DNA from: Gammaproteobacteria bacterium
Lineage (GTDB): Bacteria; Pseudomonadota; Gammaproteobacteria; SZUA-152
DNA length: 46,241 nt
Reading direction: 5' to 3'
Assembly: GCA_015487095.1 (NCBI GenBank)
Contig: WFQM01000164.1
Span: 1-46,241 of the forward strand
In this document: positions 1-9,006 of the stretch, one piece after another
Position numbering within the stretch: position 1 is the first letter of the stretch
Layout: the number at the start of each line of letters is the position of its first letter
The notes under the pieces: model-generated
Database searches by the model: none
Seen by the model: only the letters and a program-made list of their open reading frames with translations
Told to the model about the DNA's origin: nothing
Program-made: the position numbers and the translations under genes

Positions 1-177
1 ACTATGGCCTGCCACGGTTCGGTGCGCGCCAACCGACGCCTGAGTCTGCCGGAAATGAATGCCTTGTTACGCGATATGGAAACTACCGAGCGCAGTGGTC
101 AATGTAATCATGGCCGACCCACCTGGGTACAGATGAATATGGATCAGCTGGATAAACTGTTTATGCGCGGGCAATAA
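1..177 (+). CDS. mutL: DNA mismatch repair protein MutL, C-terminal fragment (5' end outside window)
   Basis: Frame 1 reads [58 protein letters not shown], the conserved MutL C-terminal tail (ACHGS..R, CNHGRPT). TAA stop at 175-177. Absent from the ORF track because it has no start codon in the window. Confidence 0.85.
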   Translation, partial: TMACHGSVRANRRLSLPEMNALLRDMETTERSGQCNHGRPTWVQMNMDQLDKLFMRGQ

Positions 178-338
178 GTGGCATTGATGAACGGGGACGT
201 ACTTGCCGAAAGGGATGTCAATATTCCTGTTGCCGGGTATAACTGGAAATATAAAGTGCTGCTGGGGAATGATGGGTTTTATGCGCGGTTATGTGGAAAA
301 TTACAATACTGAATTGAATTACTGAGAAGGGGAGAGTG

Positions 339-905
339 ATGCCAAAGGCGAGTGAATTAAAGAGAGGTAATGTCGTTGAAATTAATGGCGCACCTTATGT
401 TGTTAAAAATGTTGAATCACGCAGCCCCTCATCCCGTGGCGCGCAAACCATTTATAAAATCCGTTTTAATAATGCACAAACGGGACAAAAACTGGATGAG
501 AGTTGCAAGGCCGATGCAATGTTTACAGAACTGGAACTCATCAAACGCCAGGCACAGTTTTTGTATCAGGATGGTGACATGTTCACTTTCATGGATATTG
601 AAGACTACAGTCAGTACACCCTCGGTCAGGCAGAACTGGAAGACGAGCTGGGTTATCTGGTGGATGGGTTGGAAGGCATTTATGTACTGATTGTCGATGA
701 TCGTGTGCTGGGTATCGAGCTGCCGCAAACCATCAGTCTGGAAATTAAAGACACAGCGCCAGCATTGAAAGGTGCCACGGCGGCGGGCCGTACCAAAACA
801 GCAACGCTGGTCACCGGACTGGAAGTGCAAGTGCCGGAATATATCGAAACGGGTGAAGTGATAAAAATAAATACCGATGGTAACAAATTTATGTCGCGTG
901 CCTGA
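339..905 (+). CDS. yeiP: Elongation factor P-like protein (YeiP/EfpL)
   Basis: 188 aa starting MPKASELKRGNVVEINGAPYVV. Collinear with E. coli YeiP (MPRANEIKKG..., ELPQT..LEI..TAP..KGA, QVPEY). ATG at 339 preferred over the in-frame GTG at 336. GGGGAG Shine-Dalgarno lies upstream. Confidence 0.9.
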   Translation: MPKASELKRGNVVEINGAPYVVKNVESRSPSSRGAQTIYKIRFNNAQTGQKLDESCKADAMFTELELIKRQAQFLYQDGDMFTFMDIEDYSQYTLGQAELEDELGYLVDGLEGIYVLIVDDRVLGIELPQTISLEIKDTAPALKGATAAGRTKTATLVTGLEVQVPEYIETGEVIKINTDGNKFMSRA

Positions 906-913
906 GTGAATGC

Positions 914-979
914 AGGGTAGGTATTGCCCACACAACGGTGTTGTTTCGACGATTAATCGTGGGCATTGCTCACCCTACA
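914..979. repeat. REP-like imperfect palindrome (GGGTAGGTATTGCCCAC ... GTGGGCATTGCTCACCCTAC) enclosing a small ACAAC-GGT-GTTGT hairpin
   Basis: Inverted arms share the TGCCCAC/GTGGGCA and GTAGG/CCTAC cores. The same cores recur in the palindromes at 44072-44150. Lies in the intergenic region after yeiP and may also act as a terminator. Confidence 0.6.
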
Positions 980-997
980 GAACGATGAAAATTACTT

Positions 998-2293
998 ATG
1001 GATAATGTTTTGAATAAAATATCTGAATCTGTTGATGTAAGCGAAAACGAAAATCAGGAGCCCATGGCTACGGTGATGATTGGTGACAGCCGCATCACCC
1101 TGTTAGGTACGGCGCATGTATCACGCACCAGTGCAGAAAAAGTGAAGGAGCTGATTGAAACAGGAGACTACGATGCGGTGGCGGTAGAACTGTGTCCCAG
1201 TCGTTATAACTCCATTGTTAATCCCGATGCCTTGGCAAAAATGGATTTATTTCAGGTTGTGCGTGATGGCAAAGCCTCAATGGTCGCCGCCAGTCTTGCA
1301 CTAGGGGCTTTCCAACAAAAGGCTGCCGAGCAAATCGGTATTCAGCCGGGTGCAGAAATGCGTGAAGCCATTGAGTGTGCCAAAACGGCTAAACTACCGG
1401 TGTTGCTGGTGGACAGGGAAGTGGGTATAACGCTCAAGCGTATTTATCGTAACGTGCCCTGGTGGCGACGTATGAATTTGATTGGTGGTTTGATCTCCAG
1501 CGTAGTCTCCAGTGAAAAAGTCAGCGAAGCGGAAATCGAAAAGCTGAAAGAAGGGGATATTCTCGAATCCACCTTTGCCCAGTTTGCTGAAGAAGAAAAG
1601 GATCTGTTTCAGCCGCTCATCGGCGAGCGTGATGAATACATGGTGGCACGTCTGCAACAGGAAATCGCCAAACATCCCCACGAAAATATTCTGGTGGTGA
1701 TTGGTGCCGGTCATCTGGCAGGTATGGTAAAACGGTTTGGGACGTTTGCCATCGATGACGACAATGCTGCGCAGACCCAACAGGAACCGGTAGAAAACAG
1801 TCTGGCCCATGTCGCTGATGAAACGATTGCCCGTCTTGATGCGGTGCCTGCCGGTGCGCGCTGGTTAAAATATTTCCCGTGGTTAATTGTCGGGCTGGTG
1901 TTTTTGGGGTTCGGCATCGGTTTTTCCCGCAGCCCGGAAATGGGCTGGCAGCTGGTGATGGACTGGGTGTTGATCAACGGAGGGCTGGCGGCACTGGGCG
2001 CGCTTGTTGCGACAGCACACCCCCTGACGGTGATTGGTGCCTTTTTGGCGGCACCGCTGACATCGCTTAATCCCACTATTGGTGCAGGCATGGTGACTGC
2101 CGGTATCGAAGTTTATTTACGTCGACCCAAGGTGGGTGATTTCGGGAAATTGCGTGCGGACACCACGACTATCAAGGGCTGGTGGCGTAATCGGGTAACA
2201 CGGGTTTTACTGGTGTTTATATTTTGTACTATTGGTTCTGCGATTGGTACTTATGTGGCCGGGTTCCGTATTGTCGGGCGACTGAGTGGTTGA
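998..2293 (+). CDS. TraB/GumN-family protein with C-terminal transmembrane segments
   Basis: 431 aa. N-terminal ITLLGTAHVSRTSAEKV and later VVIGAGHLAGM motifs are typical of the TraB (pheromone shutdown-like) family. Four hydrophobic helices occupy the last ~130 aa. Confidence 0.8.
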   Translation: MDNVLNKISESVDVSENENQEPMATVMIGDSRITLLGTAHVSRTSAEKVKELIETGDYDAVAVELCPSRYNSIVNPDALAKMDLFQVVRDGKASMVAASLALGAFQQKAAEQIGIQPGAEMREAIECAKTAKLPVLLVDREVGITLKRIYRNVPWWRRMNLIGGLISSVVSSEKVSEAEIEKLKEGDILESTFAQFAEEEKDLFQPLIGERDEYMVARLQQEIAKHPHENILVVIGAGHLAGMVKRFGTFAIDDDNAAQTQQEPVENSLAHVADETIARLDAVPAGARWLKYFPWLIVGLVFLGFGIGFSRSPEMGWQLVMDWVLINGGLAALGALVATAHPLTVIGAFLAAPLTSLNPTIGAGMVTAGIEVYLRRPKVGDFGKLRADTTTIKGWWRNRVTRVLLVFIFCTIGSAIGTYVAGFRIVGRLSG

Positions 2294-2335
2294 TAGCGGT
2301 TAATGATGTGTGAAGATTATCAGATCTTGTTTTTT

Positions 2336-2344
2336 TGGTATGAT
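2336..2344 (+). promoter_or_regulatory. Possible extended -10 promoter element (TGgTATGAT) for the PLD gene
   Basis: TGGTATGAT lies 48 nt upstream of the ATG at 2392. There is no good -35. Pattern match only. Confidence 0.3.
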
Positions 2345-2391
2345 GACAAACACATATAAAAATAAATAATAACAAACCTGAGGGGTGTATC

Positions 2392-4644
2392 ATGAAAGGG
2401 ATTTTGCGTATCGCCTTGCTTTGCTTGCTGCCAGTATTGTTTCTCGGAGCTTGCCAGCATGCCAATAACGTTCGGCCACTTTTACGTGAAAGTGTTGGCC
2501 AGATTGATAATCTTGCAGTTGCCTCTGGTGCAGTCATCACTGATAACCAGCAATCCTTTGATGCCAAACTTGCCCTGATTGATCAGGCCAGACAATCCAT
2601 TGATCTGGTGTATTTTATTTTTTCCGATGACTACAGCTCCTCCGTTCTTGCGACCCGTCTGATAGCGGCAAGCAAACGTGGTGTGAAAATACGTGTATTG
2701 GTCGATTACGTCACCAACTATAGTCGGCTTGACTGGTTTTCGATGCTGGAATCGGAGGGGGGCGATAATTTGACCGTACGGTTTTATGGCCGCCCAACGC
2801 ATAACATGATCAAGGACGCTGTTTACATGACACTGGGTTGCAGTGATACCGCCCCAAGAGCTGATAAAAGTGCCTGTAGCAAAGAAAAACTGGATCAAAT
2901 TGAGCAATTGTTCAAGTCTGAAACCATCAATGGTATATCTGCTGAATCGATAAATATTTCCAACCTGAGGATGGGAGAATCCGGATTGTTCCTTTCCGGT
3001 TTGTACGGAAAAAATGCTGATGCAATGACGCTGGCTATAGAGCAGGGACAAAATGTCTCGTTAGACAAGCTGGCCGCTTCGGGCGGTTCGGCAAGTGATG
3101 GACAAATTGAAGGTCTGAAAAAATTCGGGAAAATTTATTGGAAATCCCGTAGCGGCCCTGTTTATCAGAGAGCTTACAACCGGGTGAAAACAGCCTTTGC
3201 ATTCAAATATTATGGTGATGCACTAAATCCTGTTTATGCATCATTTGCACAGTTTTTGCCGATTGAGCGAAAAAATATTAATGATGCTGCGCGTGACTGG
3301 GACTTCTTTACCGATTATACACATCATAAATTACTGCTGGTTGACCAGCAGTTTTTTATGCTGGGTGGCCGCAATGTTGAAGATTCGTATCACATGCATC
3401 CAAACGGACTGAGCGCAAAATATACATTTATGGATACTGACCTGCTGGTCAACCTTTCTGCACCAGATGCGCGGTTGCGCCACCGTTTTGACAGTTTGTG
3501 GTCTTTTATTGGTACAGCAACGCTCAACGAAGTGCGTCAGCACGCACCCAATGATTTTGTTGCCAACTGGCACTGGGCGAATATATATTGTGACAAGAGC
3601 GAAGATTTAGCCGATTGCCGTGCTGAGCGGCTGCGGCAGGTTGAACTTGATATCATTCAGCGTGTTGCACTCGAAAAAAACAGGCTGGAAAAAAACCGCC
3701 AAACGTATCAGTCAGACTATCAAAAGTCTGCTGGATTTGCGGCACGGTTCCCTGATTTTTCAATCACCGGTCAGGCCGTTGGCACATATTTTGAGAACCT
3801 TCCCTACCGCGCGACTGAAAACAACAGGCAAAGGCAGTTTGGTGCTGAAGACAACAGGGAAGCTGTCAGCAATAAAAATATACATCGCTACTGGCTGGAT
3901 AAATTTGAAGAGCAATGTGCGATTGCCGACAAGTCACCGCGCAATATTTATATTCATAATGCTTATTTTTTCCCGCCACCCAACATGCTGCTTGCATTCA
4001 AACGCCTGATAGATGGTCGGCATGACTGTCGTCATGTCACCCTGAACATTATTACAAATTCTGTTGCGACCACGGACCTTGTGCCGGTGAACATTCTTGC
4101 CAGCCACAGTATCAAGGCATTTATTGATTATTATGCTGAAAACTTTAATGAAAAACACAGCGCGACATTGCGCTATTTTGAATACAAAAAACAACCGGGT
4201 GAAGCCTTGTCGCTGCACAGTAAAGTTACCCTGTTTAATGATGCCCTGGTAATTGGTTCTGCCAATATGGATGCGCGCAGTTATTTTATGGACACCAATA
4301 ATGCACTTTCGATAAGTAATGATTCCCGCCTGATTGAACAGTATCAACACTATTTGGACGGGTTGCTCGAAAACCCGGAAACAACACAGCTTAAAAATAC
4401 GGAATTACGCAATATGACAGTTGAGTCAATTATTGCAACTGACCGTAAACTTTTACAGGCTTCATTAGAAAAATATGCTGTCCAGAACAGGATTTCGGCT
4501 GAACAGCATCAGGGTCTGGTCCGGAAAATGGATGAGTTGACCACGGCTGCCTATCAACTCACACGGGATTTGTTAAAAACAGATTCAGTAAAAGAACAAA
4601 GAAAAATAAGTGAACGGTTTTATCAGTTATTTAAAACAATTTAA
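2392..4644 (+). CDS. Phospholipase D-family (two HKD motifs) lipoprotein
   Basis: Lipobox LFLGAC at aa 16-21. HKD-1 is HHKLLLVDQQFFMLGGRN (aa 311-329). HKD-2 is HSKVTLFNDALVIGSANMD (aa 609-626), with Asn at the canonical Asp position and the Asp one residue later. About 290 aa separate the two motifs, and there is a helical C-terminal tail. Confidence 0.85.
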   Translation: MKGILRIALLCLLPVLFLGACQHANNVRPLLRESVGQIDNLAVASGAVITDNQQSFDAKLALIDQARQSIDLVYFIFSDDYSSSVLATRLIAASKRGVKIRVLVDYVTNYSRLDWFSMLESEGGDNLTVRFYGRPTHNMIKDAVYMTLGCSDTAPRADKSACSKEKLDQIEQLFKSETINGISAESINISNLRMGESGLFLSGLYGKNADAMTLAIEQGQNVSLDKLAASGGSASDGQIEGLKKFGKIYWKSRSGPVYQRAYNRVKTAFAFKYYGDALNPVYASFAQFLPIERKNINDAARDWDFFTDYTHHKLLLVDQQFFMLGGRNVEDSYHMHPNGLSAKYTFMDTDLLVNLSAPDARLRHRFDSLWSFIGTATLNEVRQHAPNDFVANWHWANIYCDKSEDLADCRAERLRQVELDIIQRVALEKNRLEKNRQTYQSDYQKSAGFAARFPDFSITGQAVGTYFENLPYRATENNRQRQFGAEDNREAVSNKNIHRYWLDKFEEQCAIADKSPRNIYIHNAYFFPPPNMLLAFKRLIDGRHDCRHVTLNIITNSVATTDLVPVNILASHSIKAFIDYYAENFNEKHSATLRYFEYKKQPGEALSLHSKVTLFNDALVIGSANMDARSYFMDTNNALSISNDSRLIEQYQHYLDGLLENPETTQLKNTELRNMTVESIIATDRKLLQASLEKYAVQNRISAEQHQGLVRKMDELTTAAYQLTRDLLKTDSVKEQRKISERFYQLFKTI

Positions 4645-4683
4645 CCACGCAGCATAAATTTTGGAGAGGCTTATGCTGCGTGG
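4645..4683. terminator. Bidirectional hairpin terminator between convergent genes
   Basis: Perfect 13-bp stem CCACGCAGCATAA / TTATGCTGCGTGG with a 13-nt loop. It starts immediately after the PLD stop and sits 12 nt from the cytochrome c stop. Confidence 0.7.
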
Positions 4684-4694
4684 TCAAAGTATGA

Positions 4695-5345
4695 TTATTT
4701 GTTATCCAGAACTGTGCGTAAATAGGCCACGACATCAGTGATTTCCTGTGCGGAAAGCTGGTCTCCCCAGGGAGGCATAATTTGTGATCGTCCCATGGTT
4801 TGGCCACCATAGGTAATGATCATGGTTTTGTAGTCATCGTTTTTGTCACTTTTAGTCAAATTGGCAGGCGGTGGGTCATACAATTTTGCTGCACGGCCTT
4901 TGCCATCAGCTTTGATACCGTGACAAAGAATACAATTGGTCTTGAAGACCACTTCGCCACGTTTTGCACCACTCGTGACTATTTGAAGATAAGCAACAAC
5001 ATCATTAATCTGTTCTTCAGAAAGCTCATGTTGCCAGGGTGGCATGAATTCTGATTTACCTACCACCGGGCCACCCCCACGGATGATCTTGAAGTAATAG
5101 TCAGATTTAGCCGGACCTATAGTGAGATTTTTTACACCATAAAGTTTAGCCGCACGGGCCATACCATCCGCTTTTTCTCCATGACACAATTTACAGTAGT
5201 TCTTGAACACGATGCCACCACGTACCGCCGGTTTAGACAATTCGGTATTTATTACAGAACGTTCTTCTGCTGACACGGGTGTAAAGAATACCACGATACT
5301 TGTTAGTAACATTATGAATGCCATCCTGGCAGGTGTCGTATTCAT
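4695..5345 (-). CDS. Di-haem c-type cytochrome (c4-like, internally duplicated)
   Basis: Two CxxCH sites (CKLCHG, CILCHG) sit in two homologous halves, each ending MPPW...DVVAYL. Signal peptide MNTTPARMAFIMLLTSIVVFFTPVSA. Start moved to 5345, where ATG overlaps the upstream stop (ATGA). Confidence 0.85.
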   Translation of the reverse strand: MNTTPARMAFIMLLTSIVVFFTPVSAEERSVINTELSKPAVRGGIVFKNYCKLCHGEKADGMARAAKLYGVKNLTIGPAKSDYYFKIIRGGGPVVGKSEFMPPWQHELSEEQINDVVAYLQIVTSGAKRGEVVFKTNCILCHGIKADGKGRAAKLYDPPPANLTKSDKNDDYKTMIITYGGQTMGRSQIMPPWGDQLSAQEITDVVAYLRTVLDNK

Positions 5346-5683
5346 TGTACGCTGACCTCCATGTACATTTCTGGATGGATAGCACATTCAACTTCAGCCA
5401 ATCCTGCTTTGTCGAATGTTACGGTCTTTGATTGGCCTTTAGGAAAAGACCCCAGGTCAAAGGTTTTTAGATCCGACAGGGAGAAAATGTTATGGAAAAA
5501 AGGGTCTTCATTTTTGAAGCGAATAGTGTCGCCCGCTTTAATTGTGATGGCTTCAATTTTTTTACCACCCAGCTGGAAACTTTTATTGTGCTGGTCTATC
5601 ACATATTCTTCGGAAAAGGCTGTGGTGGTGAATATCATTGTCAAACCGATAAACATGATATTAAATAAGTATTTCTGTTTCAT
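5342..5683 (-). CDS. Small periplasmic cupredoxin, amicyanin/MauL-like
   Basis: 113 aa with a signal peptide. Putative type-1 Cu ligands are FFHN and C-AI-H-PE-M (C-x2-H-x2-M), the same spacing as the amicyanin loop CTPHPFM. Confidence 0.75.
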   Translation of the reverse strand: MKQKYLFNIMFIGLTMIFTTTAFSEEYVIDQHNKSFQLGGKKIEAITIKAGDTIRFKNEDPFFHNIFSLSDLKTFDLGSFPKGQSKTVTFDKAGLAEVECAIHPEMYMEVSVQ

Positions 5684-5710
5684 TATAGTTTCCTCGTTGG
5701 GTTTAAGGCA

Positions 5711-6748
5711 TTATTCAACTGGCAGCATGGGATAGGTGATGGGACTGGGTTTTCCTGTGAGTGATTTCAGGAATACCACTAGGTCAGACTTTTCACTATT
5801 GCTAAGGTTAAGTTTTTTGATGTTAGGGGAAATATTCTCTTTGCTGATACCACCAACATTATAATGCTCGATCACTTCTTCCAGTGTTGTGTAAGCACCG
5901 TTGTGCATATAGGGTGCGGTTAAAGCAATATCCCGCAATGTAGGAGTCTTGAATGCGCCGATCAGTATTTTTACCTTTCGAATGGCATAACGGCCAGCGT
6001 CGGTTGCGTCTTCCAGGCCGATGTTATGAAAGCCATTGTCAGTAAAATTAAAGTTACTATGGCATTTTGCACAATTGGCTTTTCCTTCAAATAACGTAAA
6101 CCCACGTAAAGCCGATTTGCTCATGGCTTTTTTGTCACCCTTAATCCAGCGATCAAAAGGGGCATCAGTGGAAACGATGGTGCGTTCAAAACTGGAAAGG
6201 GCTTTGGCGATGGTCTTTTTGGTGATGCCTTCTCCGGGGTAAGCGGTTTCGAAGGCATCACGATAACCTTTCAGTGCGTTTAATTCATCAATCAGACCAT
6301 GTGATCGATCCTCTGATTTATGTAAGCGCTGAGCCATTTCACCCTCATCTTCAATGGGACCCAATGCCTGTTTTTCCAGGGAGCGTGCGCGGCCATCCCA
6401 AAGCTGTAAAGGTTGGTAGGCAGTATTGAGAATGGTGGGAGTAGAGCGTCTTAATATTTTCTGACCATGTCCAATAGCGGTGGGTAGACCATCAGACCAT
6501 CCCAGGCCTGGATTATGACAGGTAGCACAACTTATCCAGTTAGACCCGGAAAGACGAGGATCAAAAAATAACATTTTTCCCAGTTCGATGCGCTCTGGCG
6601 TCATACGATTGTTGTCAGGTTGTGGAATTTCACTGGGCCGCAGGTAATGGCTTAAGTCCGTAGCCAATACCGATGTGCCTATAAGGGATAAGCATAGAGC
6701 CAGAAGAACTTTTTGGCCGAACTTGTTAAATGGTGATTTAATATCCAT
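5711..6748 (-). CDS. Di-haem cytochrome c peroxidase / MauG family
   Basis: CATCHNP and CAKCHS haem sites, plus FKTPTLRDIALTAPYMHNGAYTTLEEV. Start placed at MDIKSPF (6748), which has GGAG 6 nt upstream and a signal peptide. The longer track ORF to 6895 overlaps the MCP gene and is rejected. Confidence 0.9.
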   Translation of the reverse strand: MDIKSPFNKFGQKVLLALCLSLIGTSVLATDLSHYLRPSEIPQPDNNRMTPERIELGKMLFFDPRLSGSNWISCATCHNPGLGWSDGLPTAIGHGQKILRRSTPTILNTAYQPLQLWDGRARSLEKQALGPIEDEGEMAQRLHKSEDRSHGLIDELNALKGYRDAFETAYPGEGITKKTIAKALSSFERTIVSTDAPFDRWIKGDKKAMSKSALRGFTLFEGKANCAKCHSNFNFTDNGFHNIGLEDATDAGRYAIRKVKILIGAFKTPTLRDIALTAPYMHNGAYTTLEEVIEHYNVGGISKENISPNIKKLNLSNSEKSDLVVFLKSLTGKPSPITYPMLPVE

Positions 6749-6782
6749 AGTCATCTCCACTATGTAGTTAGAATAAATTGAT

Positions 6783-8414
6783 TTAAAGAGTAAATCGATC
6801 AACAACACTGTTAAGGTTCGATGATGCTCTATCGAGATTTTGGGAAAGTTGATGAAGCTGTTCAGTTTCCTGATTGGCATCAACAGAAACATCAAATAAT
6901 GTAGAAACTGAGGAGGTAATGCCTTCTACCGCCTGAGTTTGTGATGACATAAGTTCTTCAACTTCTGTCATATAAGTGCGCATATCCTGTACACGCTCAC
7001 TGCTATTTGTGGCTTCATCAGCTAATCCGGTAAGTTTATTAATGTTGTCTTTTGCATCGGATACACTGGTTTCAAGTGCATCAACAGTCGTGCTGACGCT
7101 GGCCGATATTTCTTCGACCAGTGTGGATATTTCTGCTGTGGCATCTTCTGTGCGTTTGGCTAATTGACGGACTTCATCGGCAACCACTGCAAAGCCCCGT
7201 CCTTGGTCGCCTGCGCGTGCGGCTTCAATGGCGGCATTCAGGGCTAGCAAGTTGGTTTGCGAAGAAATGTCACGAATGGTATCGGTGATACTGGTGACCT
7301 GATCGGCTGCAATTGATAATTTACGGGTGACATCTGCGGTGTTTTCCATGTCGCTCTGGAAGCATTGGAATTTTTTTACTGTATTAAGCATTTGTTGTGC
7401 AGATTTTTTGGCAGCTGCCGATGTGATGTCAGCACCTTCCGTGGCTTGCCGTAAGCGCTCTGCTACATCATCAGTGACTGAATGTACTATTTGTGTGTCT
7501 CCTTTAATAGCTTCGATACCATCGTGAAGTTTTATCGATACCGTGCTGACTATTTCAGCGGTTTTTCCGATTTGTGAAGAATGTTTGCTGAGTAATTCTG
7601 ATCCGGAGTGAATTTCTGAAATGATCTCATGTAAATTACAAATTGTTATGGACATTGCTTTTACAGTACGCCCTATTTCATCAGTTCCTTCATCGGTAAG
7701 TTCGATATTCAAATTTCCATTGGCAAGACTGGTCATTGCATTTTCAACCATGTTTAGTGGTCGAGTGACTAGGTAGGCGGCAAAAAGACTGGTTATTATC
7801 CCAAGCAGTAAACCAATACCGACTAGCCATGTCATGATGGTGATGGCGATGTAACCTTGCTGGATCAAGATGTCTTGTTCTAAAATTAATTGGTTCCGCT
7901 CTTTTTCTACTAATTTCTGTGATAGATCATTAACCTTCTTGGCGTCACTGGTTATAGATTGCATTTTTTCTATCGCGCCGGTGTCGTTATTTTTTCTGGC
8001 CTCTTTGATGACCTGTAATTGAATGGGTCTCATGCGTTGAATTAATGCCAGAATTTCTTTTACCTCTTCACTGTTTTTCAAGGTTTCGGACAAGGTTTGG
8101 ATTTGTTCATCCAGCAGCGAAAGGGAACGAATAGCAGCCACAGCTTGTTTGCGAATTTTTTTTCGTTCCTCTGTGGCAATCACGTTGGCTAAGGCGCGCT
8201 CCATTTCCACGACGGCAACGCGGGCATTGGTTACACCATTCACTTTTTGTTGTGATACCTGGATAATATTGACCATGGACTGGTTTTGTTGATAAATAGT
8301 AAAGGAACCAAATGCGCCTATGCCTAATACCAATGCAATATACAAAGCGGAATAACCCAATATTTTTTTTCGCCAACCAACATGGGAAAGTACTTTGGTA
8401 AGAATATTTATCAT
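6783..8414 (-). CDS. Methyl-accepting chemotaxis protein (two TM, helical periplasmic sensor, HAMP, MA domain)
   Basis: Highly conserved signalling hairpin [36 protein letters not shown]1 at aa ~18-40, TM2 at ~190-215, followed by HAMP. Confidence 0.95.
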   Translation of the reverse strand: MINILTKVLSHVGWRKKILGYSALYIALVLGIGAFGSFTIYQQNQSMVNIIQVSQQKVNGVTNARVAVVEMERALANVIATEERKKIRKQAVAAIRSLSLLDEQIQTLSETLKNSEEVKEILALIQRMRPIQLQVIKEARKNNDTGAIEKMQSITSDAKKVNDLSQKLVEKERNQLILEQDILIQQGYIAITIMTWLVGIGLLLGIITSLFAAYLVTRPLNMVENAMTSLANGNLNIELTDEGTDEIGRTVKAMSITICNLHEIISEIHSGSELLSKHSSQIGKTAEIVSTVSIKLHDGIEAIKGDTQIVHSVTDDVAERLRQATEGADITSAAAKKSAQQMLNTVKKFQCFQSDMENTADVTRKLSIAADQVTSITDTIRDISSQTNLLALNAAIEAARAGDQGRGFAVVADEVRQLAKRTEDATAEISTLVEEISASVSTTVDALETSVSDAKDNINKLTGLADEATNSSERVQDMRTYMTEVEELMSSQTQAVEGITSSVSTLFDVSVDANQETEQLHQLSQNLDRASSNLNSVVDRFTL

Positions 8415-9006
8415 ATTGATGCCTACAGGTATTTTATTGATGTAATTTACTTTTCATGCTTGGTTAAAGGTTTGGGTTGTTATTGGTTTTACCGTTCGAT
8501 GCAGTATTTTCCTGTATCAATACCGGATTTTTGATGGGTTACGCACAGAAATTTTTTAGAAAAATAGAAAATATAGCTATAGAAACCAACAGGTGTACAG
8601 CGTCTGTTTTGTAAGAAACATGGCACAACTCCATGATGATTTAATCCTTATTTTTCATTTGCTTAGCGTTATTCATCCTGCGATAGGTTTTTGAGAGGGG
8701 GAGCATCTAATACCCCAATATTTGAAAACCCAGTAACCGTATGAAGACAGACAGAAAAAATAGCGGTCGTTTTGCCAATATCTTTACAAACAATAGAAAT
8801 TAAAATATGAGGAATAAAATATGCGATGATTGAATGAGTCGGTGAACGTCATTATTTAATAATTATTGATGTTTTATAGCTTGTATTTTGATTATCATGT
8901 GCAGCTTGTCGCATGCGAACTGCATAAAGATGTCTCAAAAGATAATTAAAGAGCGCAGCCACTTAAATTTTATACACAAGTATTTGTCCGGGAGTTTTTA
9001 TCAGAT

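Noticed and set aside
429-935. Long antisense or overlapping ORFs in the track. Examples: 429-935(-), 2482-3051(-), 12179-12844(+), 13938-14459(+), 26558-27049(-), 36277-36927(+), 37641-38135(+), 39018-39590(+), 45261-45629(-).
   Set aside because: Each lies wholly inside a confidently recognised gene on the other strand or in another frame. Their compositions are low-complexity or Arg/Ser/Cys-rich, they have no recognisable motif and no ribosome-binding site. These are typical shadow ORFs.
6749-6895. N-terminal extensions of track ORFs: peroxidase to 6895, cytochrome c to 5387, moaA to 38284.
   Set aside because: The extensions overlap the upstream gene and lack signal-peptide or family-typical sequence. 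Internal ATGs with a proper SD or stop-start coupling (6748, 5345, 38239) give canonical N-termini.
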